Shown here in pieces: positions 50,624-64,000 of a stretch of DNA of 64,000 nt; the first letter of the stretch is position 1, and each line of letters begins with the position of its first letter. The position numbers and the translations under genes are program-made. The notes under the pieces are model-generated. The model saw nothing but the letters and a program-made list of their open reading frames with translations, did not search any database and was not told where the DNA came from. Source of the DNA: Amoebidium appalachense. Lineage: Eukaryota; Protista; Ichthyosporea. Location: NCBI GenBank assembly GCA_963693365.1, contig CAVNZM010000007.1, forward strand, positions 2,837,979 through 2,901,978, given 5' to 3'.

Positions 50624-50984
50624 TCACCGGCGGGGCTGGGCGGGGCTGGGCGGGGCGGGGAGGCCCCTGGCAGGCACGCGCGCCTCGCATGCCGCGTGTG
50701 CCTCCTGTGCCTCGTGTGCCGCGTGTGCCTGGCATGTCCCCGTTCCCCGTTCCCTAGTACTATATGGTTGTGTTTTAGGTTTAAATCGATAAGTGTTTGT
50801 TGTCATTGGCCACTTACCCACTTAAAAGTGGGTAATGCTGTATCGTTTGTTTTGTCTCCTTTTTTTTCTCTTTTTCGATTTTAAGTAAAAAAAGTGGGAA
50901 GTGGGAAATAGATTGATCGCGATCGGATCGGAGGTGGTTGGTGTGGTGTGATCTCAAAGTTACCAGGCCACGTGACTAGTCCAA
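50624..50984 (-). repeat. Right terminal inverted repeat of the large element
   Basis: Reverse complement of 20014-20375; ends ...GGCCACGTGACTAGTCCAA. Confidence 0.95.
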
Positions 50985-51812
50985 GATTATAGTAGATTCC
51001 TGTCCCTCGCATAAGATCTCTACCTATCGTGAACCAATCGTCTCAAGAGATTTTATCGCCTACGCATTCCCATGAATATTGAGAATTTTCTGTTTTATAA
51101 TGACTTTATGAATGTGGCTGGGCCTCCGGCAGTGTCCACGCAATAAAAAGTGTGTAAACCCCTATTGATGTACTCAAGGAAAAGAGATATCTCAGATATC
51201 TGATAATTTTTTTTCTAATATGGGCTTTACTGCGCCCTTCCACTCGATGATGTACTAAACAAAACACCCATCAGATGACATGATCATTGGCGATCCAGCA
51301 AAGCCCACTTTTATGGCCAACATTCAAAATGCATGCAAGATTTCAGTGTGTATTCAGTAATATTTCAAGTCCGCACACCGTGATGTAAATAAGCTACCAC
51401 TACTAGTGCTACTGATTTAGAGTCTCTGAGTGCTGTATCCCTGCGGCCTCTTCTTCTTTTACGTTTTTTTTTTTTTTTTCCTTTTTTTTTTTTTTTCCCT
51501 TTTTGCCGCAGGTCCCGCAGCGTAGTAAGGCCGGGCCGGGCCACTTAGCCAGCGGGTACATAGCCTTGGAGACTACTATAGCTACAGTGCGCCTGTTCTT
51601 GAATTGTCACGGTACGAAGCAGCCGCTGATGTATTAGAAAAGAGATATACAAAAGATAGTCAAAACGTTTGGAACGGCAAAATTGGATAGTTGTACATGG
51701 GGGGAGTCCCGACTCATGTTATCGATCGATGGACGACATTTTGCATCAATAAAACCGAGTCAAAAGAAGAAAAAAAAAGAAAAAAAAAAAATTTGCATCC
51801 GACAGTACACAT

Positions 51813-53014
51813 TGTTATGATAGAATAGTCTATCTGTTTATTCCTGCTCTTCCCAGTCACGTACTTATGTAGCCTGTTCCCGCCTATCCCGCCCCCGCGT
51901 ATTTGGGGACCGCCTGGGGCCGCATACGCCAGGAACCATAACTGCCTTCCTATTGGCTAGTACATAATGCCGATCTATCCTGGGAGACTATCTGTAATCC
52001 TATTGGACGATGTATTCGCGGACTGGCATCCGCGCAGGTATATTAAGCAGCCGGACCATCCTCAGATGGTACCGGAGGATCCGAGATCTCAAACCACTTC
52101 CTGTGAACCTCTCTACTCTCGATCCGCTATGTAGAAGTGATTGTCTCTTACTGAGGTCACAGGACCGAATTCTGCCTCTGTTCCACATTTATTCTGATAT
52201 GGTAGCATAGAATATGGGCGTCACTGCCCACTTGAGATGGAGCACACTCTTACTCCTACGCGCTAGCTGTCAGACACGTCCATCAACAAGCTTCTACTAC
52301 GGTATACAAGCCACTATCTTAAGTCCAGTCAACTTCTACTCGTCACGACCATTTTCAACTGCACTGAGGAGGGACGGTGCTACACGTTGAATAGTTACAT
52401 CTACTTCATCTTCGGTCGTGGTACTACTGCAGCAACTGGACGTACATCTTCTAGATCTTCTTTTCACTTCTCTTCATGTCGCAGCATGAACATCTTCCGG
52501 TCCGCTACTACACAAGGACTCTGCTGAGCGCCGCCATGCTCACAACTCAACAGTTGCCCGAGGTTCCAGCCTTTGATGTGTGAGACTTGGTGGATTTCTA
52601 AGGACTGAAGCGCTAGTGTAGTTTTGCGTTACTTTCATGCTTTATACCTGCAACCTATTTTGGGTCTCTCTGACAAGGGGTGCTACGTGGCATATATGCA
52701 TCACCTGTAACGTTTTCGTTCTGCAGACATAGATTTCTGCCTTCGCTAGTGACTGCCATATCGCAGAAGGGGTGTGTTATGATAGAATAGTCTATCTGTT
52801 TATTCCTGCTCTTCCCAGTCACGTACTTAGCCTGTTCCCGCCTATCCCGCCCCCGCGCACTTGGGGACCACCTGGGGCCGCATACGCCAGGAACCATAAC
52901 TGCCTTCCTATTGGCTAGTACATAATCCCGATCTATCCTGAGAGACTATCTGTAATCCTACTGGACGATGTATTCGCGGACTGGCATCCGCGCAGGTATA
53001 TAAAGCAGCCGGAC
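51813..53014 (+). mobile_element. Small non-autonomous LTR retroelement (TRIM-like): 5' LTR 51813-52199, PBS, ~575 bp non-coding interior, PPT, truncated 3' LTR 52775-53014
   Basis: Direct repeats 51813-52056 and 52775-53014 start TGTTATG and contain a TATA-like box. TGGTAGCATAG at 52200 resembles an initiator-Met tRNA primer site. The purine tract AGAAGGGG lies just before the 3' LTR. Confidence 0.78.
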
Positions 53015-56912
<3,898 letters not shown>

Positions 56913-56919
56913 GGTTCGC

Positions 56920-56964
<45 letters not shown>

Positions 56965-57220
56965 ACACACACACACCCAGCCCCCTGTGCGGTGCCACTC
57001 CGTGAGTATGTATCAGCATAGTTGGTTATAAAATACACACCGTATAAACTTCTCACATGCGGGCCGCGACAGAAAAACTTTTCGCCCCTCCTCCTCCCCC
57101 CTTCCCCCTCCCCTCCCCCCCCCCCTCCCCCCCCCCCCCTCCTCCTCCTCCCCCACGACCACCATGCTAAACTTCTCGAGGCTCGCGACTATCATCACCT
57201 CCCCCCCCCCCCCAAAACCA

Positions 57221-57251
<31 letters not shown>

Positions 57252-57364
57252 TTTCCTGCCCCCGGGGCTCAGAGGTGCCTTAGACAGTTGGGTGAGCATC
57301 ACTCAAGTCGTAACCCCTTGCCTATTCTGTCAGCCTCGTTAAATGGCTTTTCTTTTTGGTGGAT

Positions 57365-57401
<37 letters not shown>

Positions 57402-59007
57402 TTCCCCTCCCCACCCCTTCTTCTTCTTCTTCTTAATATTCTTCCTCTTTTTTTCACCTGCTGCATTACTTCACTTCGGAGCAGTGCCAGTATGATGATG
57501 TATTCTGACACTCTCCTTTTCCCACACAGCTTCATTCGCCCACATACGGCCATACTCTTTACAACTGCAACCATCTTCAATCCTCCGTCACCTTAACATA
57601 CGACGGAAAAATTACCGTCGCAATCTCACGATCCGTCATCAGATGCCCCGCCGCACTCACAACCGCCATGTGTTCTGAACACATCCGCACGGGCGGTGGC
57701 GTGTGCACAATGTCTTTCTCATACACTGTCACCCCTGTTAACAACACGCTAGTCGCAAGTACTAACTCTCTCGGTGGGGAGACGATAACGTGTCCTAGCG
57801 AGACGGTGACATATACTGGAAAGGTTTTCGCTGCGGCCGGCGGGACGTTTGTTCTGTCTTTCGACGACGGGGTTAAGGGGGAGAATGGGGTCGGGTGGCT
57901 TACGAGAGGGGTGGATATGAAGTCCGGAGACTGGCTGTTTAGAGCCGTGTGCTAGTGATTTATAACAATACCCGGCGGTGTTGTGTTTTGACACGGGTTT
58001 CAAATGTTCGTTCGTTTGCACGAATTCTCTCGTAATACTCCTTTTTTTTTTTTTTTTTTTTTTTCTTTTGGCTTTTTGTTTTTCGTTTGGTGTCACCTGT
58101 GATCAACAAAACGAAGAGAGACTATGCAACTTTCGGACGACTTTTTCTCACAAGTGCATGCACTCCAATTTTTGAAGCGTATCTGTTGTTTTGCCCTGAT
58201 GATTGTCATATAAGCAGGTGCATTTGGTAACTTCAACTGAAGTTCGGGAACAAACCGAATACCCCGAATCATTTCCCACATACTAAGCACATGTTAGAAG
58301 GTGTGTATATATAACAGTGTGAAATGTGTTAGCTGGCTGACACGAAGCACAAGTACAACTTTCTTTTCTTTTCCTTTCTTTCTTTCGTTTCCTTTTCATT
58401 CCTCTCCTCCTCCTTTTCCTTTTTATAAACCGTTACTGGCCAGTAGCTATCATGTGTTTGTTGCTTCGGTGGGACTTCAGCTGGAGTAATACTAAGGGCT
58501 AAGTCTTTATGGAGTGATGCAAACCAGCCCGGGCTATGTTTAGTTAAGTTAGCCCATTGCTGTCGTACACAAACTTCAAAAGTAAACCATACCGTTCGGG
58601 AAGAAGGCGTATTCACTGAATGTATGTGCTGATGTGTGCATGGGAGGCAATGGCTTGGAGTGTGTCTATAACGCGAATATCATACATGCGCACACATTAT
58701 TGTTATCCCATTTTGCGCATGCGCATACCACAATTGCAACCTGTGTGTTGAGTACGAGCAGGAGTGTGCTCAAGAGTAAGCTTGCCCAGGCCTGGCCGGC
58801 GCTAGCGCACACACACACGTGTGGGTGGGTGGGTGGGTGCGTGTGTGTACTTGTGTGTGTGTGTTATGTGTGTGGACACGTGAATTCGAGAGCTCAAGGG
58901 GAATGAAACGAAGGAGAGAATTATCATAGTATTGTCACCTGTCACCAAACTAGAGTTGTGCACGTGTGTGTGTGTGTGTGTGTATAGTGTGTATATACAG
59001 TATCATG

Positions 59008-59059
<52 letters not shown>

Positions 59060-59498
59060 TGTGTGTGTGTACATGTGTGTGTGCGTGCGCGCGTGCGTGC
59101 GTGTCCGTGCGTGTCCGTGCGTGCGTGCGTGCACGCGTTCGTGTGTGAGTTTGTGTCTGTGTGTCTGGGTCACTCGTGTGCGCGTGAGTGAGCGTGTGCC
59201 GTGTACCGCGTGCGCGTGTGCGTGTGTGCGTGCGCGTATGCGCGCGCCCGTGTGCAGATGTGTGTGTGTCTGTTTCTGTGTGTGTGTGCGTATGCGTATG
59301 TGTGTGCGTGTGGGCGTGTGCGTGCGTGTGGCTTGTGTGCGTAAGTGCGTGCGCGTGTGTTAGTACGTGTTTGCGTGTGCATGCGTGCGTTCTTGCGTGC
59401 GTGCGTGTGTGTGTGTACATGTGTGTGTGTGTGCACTGTGTGTGTGTGGTATGTGCGGCTGTGCGGTGTGAAGGTGTGTGCGTGTATTTGTGTGTGCC

Positions 59499-59573
<75 letters not shown>

Positions 59574-60404
59574 CTTGTGCGTGTGCGATCGCGAAGTGCG
59601 AGCCTCCATCCGTGATTACGTAACGGCAAAGGCCGTATATTCGGCGAAAAGATCTGTGCTCAGATCCCTTGATATCATGCTTTCGTCTAACCAAATAATT
59701 TCATTAATGCTTGTTGATTTTATATTTTTATATTTTTATTAAAGTAATATAAAGTCACGTTCGTCATCGCAACAGCCATAATGCATAGAAACGACGCCAA
59801 TCACTCGTGTGTTTCTGAGATCCATAACATGGCAGACTCAGGTGACACCTCGGGCTTCTACATTTTTATTGTAGAAATTCCGTATGTATTCGAAAACATG
59901 ACAAAGTAGATGGGTAGATGGGGCTGATTGTAATGGTTGAGAAGTCTTGAGTTGCAAGGAATTTAGGTTGGGAGTTTCAATGTTGCCCAAGCTTGCGTGA
60001 ATTCCTGCCATTCTCTCGACCCTTACTCCCTCACTCTGTATCAAAGTCGTTGGTTGACATTTTCAGCCAAGATCAAACCATTTTACCTTATGAGTATAGC
60101 TCCTAGTTTAGCAGTGGAATCGAAATGAATCCTGAAAAGTAATTTGAAGATTAGTGTCCCTTTCGGCACTGCTAGCAAGTGCTTTTGAATGCAAATTCTG
60201 GGGCCTTTCAACATTTCTTACGCCCAGAAGCCAACGCCGTAAGGTCGATTCACATGCAGCTGGTAACTTGTGCTTGTTAAGGTTCAGCAAGCGGATGGGG
60301 TTCTCTTGCTGTATGACACAATATAACCCTCTTCTGGTAAACTAATAGACACAATTGACATCAAGTTTAAGCTTTGAATACGCCTTATTCGGTCAATCCG
60401 GAAG

Positions 60405-61322
60405 ATGCATCACGCAAAACTCCTTGGTGTGCCTGTTTTTGTGCTTATTACACAGGCTCTAGCCAAAGACCTCAACATACCATGCTATTTTGATGTCTAC
60501 GATACCGCTTACGGTGGAAAATATGACAGCTGCGGCCAAAATGCCAGTCTCGCATGCACAGTGCCTTTTTCTCCAACAATGGGAATGGGGGGAGTATGTC
60601 TTCTAACAGTCGGATCACAATGCACCACACACGATGAATGCAGTTCGCGAAGGTGTCTTAAAGGAACATGCGCACCTCAGAATGTTTGTGAACCAAACAC
60701 ACCGAGTGGTTATTGTGTGAGTGGGATTGGAAATCCACCTAAATGTAACGAGAACGGCCTGTGCTCCTACCCAATGGGGTCTATTTGCAGGCACGATGGA
60801 GAGTGTTTTTCGGCGAGATGCAGCGTCACATCTGGTCGCGTCGGATACTGCCTACCGAGAACGTGCACAAGGAATGCAACGGGTGACCCACTGAGGGATG
60901 AATGTGAAAGGATCGATTTTTCGTATTTTTGCGACAATGAGGAGCCTTCACCCTCATGCAAGCGGAAAACAGAGGTTAGATGTGACCCGAAAAAAATCCC
61001 GATGTGTCCAACGGTAGCCCATGGAAATGTGCAGATCTAACAGCAACATGTGCTGGAAATGGCTTCTGCCAAGCAAAATTCTCCAATCTGGGAGCTGCTT
61101 GTGATTACCAGGACGCATCGAGATGCATCACCGGGCAATGCACATTTCATTCTTTTCTGGGCCGGTTTGCCTGTGTGCTACCCGCCAGCTGCAGTACAAA
61201 CATGGATTGTAGGAGCCCACGGCATTTCTGTTTGCGCAAAAATGGTGTCTCCACGTGCGCTTTGAAGTTAAATGAGACTTGTACGAGCGACGGTGACTGT
61301 GTGTTGACTGAGGTGGGTCCCC

Positions 61323-61360
<38 letters not shown>

Positions 61361-61713
61361 GGCCCCTTACAATGCGTACTCTTTGTGTGTGCTTTACAAT
61401 ATGCTTGTGTTGTTAGTCGTGAATGTGTACTTCTTAGTCTGTGATGCATTTAAAATCCCCCCACCCCTCCCACTCCCTTTCCACCCCTCCCTAAAAGTCC
61501 GCCCCCCCCCCCCCCCCTCCCCCCCCTCCCGCCTGTTTCGTCTGATCTGGTGAGCCTTTGTCTCCCTCCCTGTATCTCCGAGTGGTACATGCACTAAAGA
61601 AATGACTTGTCACGGTGCATATCATACCATTCACGACTCAATCATGTGTGTCTGCACGTGCTAACAGGATGCTTACTGCACGAATGTAATGTCGATGTAT
61701 AACCACACACACA

Positions 61714-61790
<77 letters not shown>

Positions 61791-61815
61791 GCACACACAC
61801 ACACACACTGGCACA

Positions 61816-61869
<54 letters not shown>

Positions 61870-62655
61870 TATGAATACAGGCAGACAGATCCGCAAACTG
61901 TGTACATGCATACGGGTGTTACCACACACGCAGTCCACACAACCACACTTCCTCCCTGCTGCCTACCCCCCCCCCCCCTCCCCCCCCCCCCCTCCCCCCC
62001 CCCCCCCCCCCCCTCCCCCCTCGGCGTGTTGCCTGCCTGCCTCCATTGTCCACTGTGAATTTGAACTCACGTGGATTCCCATGATGTACCTCATTCTGTC
62101 CCCCCCCCCCCTCCCCCCTTCTTCCCCCCTCCCGCGCTCCTGTGGGGTGAGATAGAGGTGGCTACATTATCGAAAAGGCGCATTAACTAATCCACAACAC
62201 CCTCTTTCCCCCCTCCCCCAGCTTCCCTCTGCCCGTTACTCAATCCTCTGTCTCCCTCGGCGCTCTACCCCCCCCTCCCCCCCCTCCCCCCCTCCCCCCC
62301 TTTTCTGGATTGTTGCCCCCCCGTCAGCCCGTCAACACCTATCCCTCCTCCTCCTCCCTTACCAAAACCACACATTCACTTCTTCCTCCTTGCCAACCCT
62401 TCCTCCTTCCCCCCCCCCACCCCCACCCCACCCCCACCCCCCCCCCCGGGAGCCTCGGATAGGCTCTACTTATGACGCCACAGTTTCTATCTCGTGCTTT
62501 TGCTTTTTGTTGTTCGCCGTGAATGTGTACTTCGTGCTCCGAGTCTGTAACCCATTCTAATCCCCCCCCCCCCCTCCCCCCCTCACCTCCAATACCTCAC
62601 CCGCCCATCCCTCATCTCCGGATCCTCCCATGCACCTGGACCAATTGAATTACCC

Positions 62656-62700
<45 letters not shown>

Positions 62701-63160
62701 GCAGCAATGTGTTGCACGACTGGGGAAATGCGTGAAAAGGGGGTTCGTGCCGAATGACCCCCCCGGCCCCATCAGCACCTACGAGCAGTATGGCCGGCTG
62801 ACCCTAATTTCGACCATTGCCGTGCCGTTCCTCCTAGGGCTGGCATTCATAGCGGACGGAATTAGGCGGAAGTATAAGATCGGAATCAAACGGATACGCG
62901 GGAATGCACCCCCACGGTATGAAGCCCCCACCGAAATTAGGAACACGTCAGGTATTGTAGAGCAACCCCCAGACTATATTGCAATTCTCAGACTGGGGGC
63001 AGGGGGTCTTTCGGAAAGTGGCGCAAATTTGGGGTGTGAGGGGAGCACGGAGGGGCCCCAAGACGAAATTTCGGCAGAAAAGGAAAAGAACCCGTGGTTT
63101 GTTACCCCCCTGTTTTGGGTGCGGAAGGAATTTGTCGTTAAGGGTGAAACGTGTGAATAG
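60405..63160 (+). CDS. Cys-rich type I membrane protein: signal peptide, Cys-rich repeats (exon 60405-61312), TM and cytoplasmic PPxY motifs (exon 62705-63160); one frameshift in an A-run at ~60990
   Basis: MHHAKLLGVPVFVLITQALA signal peptide, repeated G..C....EC.S..C motifs, TM LTLISTIAVPFLLGLAFIA, and PPRY and PPDY. The two ORFs join if the A7 run is A8. Confidence 0.7.
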
Positions 63161-63169
63161 TCTTTTTTT

Positions 63170-63212
<43 letters not shown>

Positions 63213-64000
63213 ACGTGTCTGTGTGTGTGTGTGTGTGTGGGTGTGTGTGGGTGTGTGTTTGTGTGGTGGTGGTGGTGGTGGGGGGGGGGGGGGGGAGGGG
63301 GGGGGGGGGGGGGGGGAAGCACAAGGCTGTCCGCGATATCATCAATAGACGTAAGGCATTTTCATATTTACGGCATGGGTACGTGACAGATCCGATTGGC
63401 AATATTGTAGGTGAAAAGGCCACATCTTCGGATTTGGAGGTTTCTTGGATGTACATGTGATGTGTAAAGAATTGATTGGATGAGTCGAGTGGTGGTGATA
63501 CCTACACACGTGTGTGCATATTTTGTAGAGTGCTCAATTCATATTTTTCTTATTGTGGTTATGTACTACTCAGCCTTATCAGTCACATGTACAGTTATGT
63601 TGAAGTATTATGTATTATATGCATCACTGTATATTTATGTATACCGTGTATTCCTGTTTACTCTTGTATAGTCGCAATATTGATGTATGTAAGCCATTAT
63701 GATAGGGAATGTGAGGAATGGCATAGTCACGCTAGCCGTGGGGTAGCATTTATGAAATTGATAATGGCCAAACTAAAGGATGTTTCTCATGAAACCGAAT
63801 ATTGGATACTTGATGTACACCCAATCCCATGGACATTAACATTTAAATTATAATTTTTTTCTAAATTTTAAAGGGGAACTGTGACTGGATTCGCGCTCGT
63901 GAGGCGCCTAATGAGCGTACGGCACAGGGAACCTCAGATCTATGGACACGTACATGTACACAAGCACGTGCCATATTGCGGATAGAGATGTGGTGGTGGT

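Larger units (their letters stand above)
20014..50984. mobile_element. ~31 kb TIR-bounded element (about 20 kb without the nested transposon) carrying intronless giant-virus-like genes
   Basis: ~360 bp near-identical inverted repeats at both ends, inverted subterminal arrays, and dense intronless ORFs lacking the host's poly-G/C introns. Genes include YqaJ, KilA-N/T5orf172, DUF5760-like and HNH-AP2. Confidence 0.88.

Noticed and set aside
20014-50984. Canonical Polinton/Maverick, adintovirus or full giant-virus insertion
   Set aside because: I recognise no protein-primed PolB, retroviral-type integrase, capsid, protease or A32-like ATPase, and the ends lack AG/AGT-repeat termini. The ATPase is Vps4/katanin-type.
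19709-50990. GATTAT at 19709-19714 and 50985-50990 as a 6-bp TSD for hairpin plus giant element
   Set aside because: It is offset by 4 nt from the left inverted-repeat boundary, and short AT-rich matches arise by chance. Not accepted without sibling or empty-site data.

Overview
Eukaryotic genomic DNA with GT/GC-AG spliceosomal introns full of poly-G/C and CA/GA tracts. The style is reminiscent of a unicellular holozoan or other protist, but the host cannot be identified from the sequence. Host genes are a multi-exon ALDH10/betaine-aldehyde-dehydrogenase-like gene, a YrhK-like membrane protein plus a decayed copy, an EGF-repeat pseudogene and a Cys-rich single-pass membrane protein. The centrepiece is a ~31 kb element (20014-50984) bounded by ~360 bp terminal inverted repeats and inverted subterminal ~36-bp arrays. 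It carries intronless, giant-virus-like genes: YqaJ exonuclease, KilA-N/T5orf172, a DUF5760-like protein, HNH-AP2 endonuclease, a Vps4/katanin-type AAA ATPase, duplicated Tudor-like ORFs and several orphans. It has no recognisable capsid, DNA polymerase, packaging ATPase or integrase. An 11 kb intron-containing DNA transposon (26765-37782, 8-bp TSD CAAAATAT) is nested in it and encodes a DDE transposase with an embedded WRN-type 3'-5' exonuclease. A 293-bp foldback element sharing the same terminal motif abuts the left end, and a small non-autonomous LTR element lies to the right. All domain calls are from motif recognition by eye; no database searches were run.
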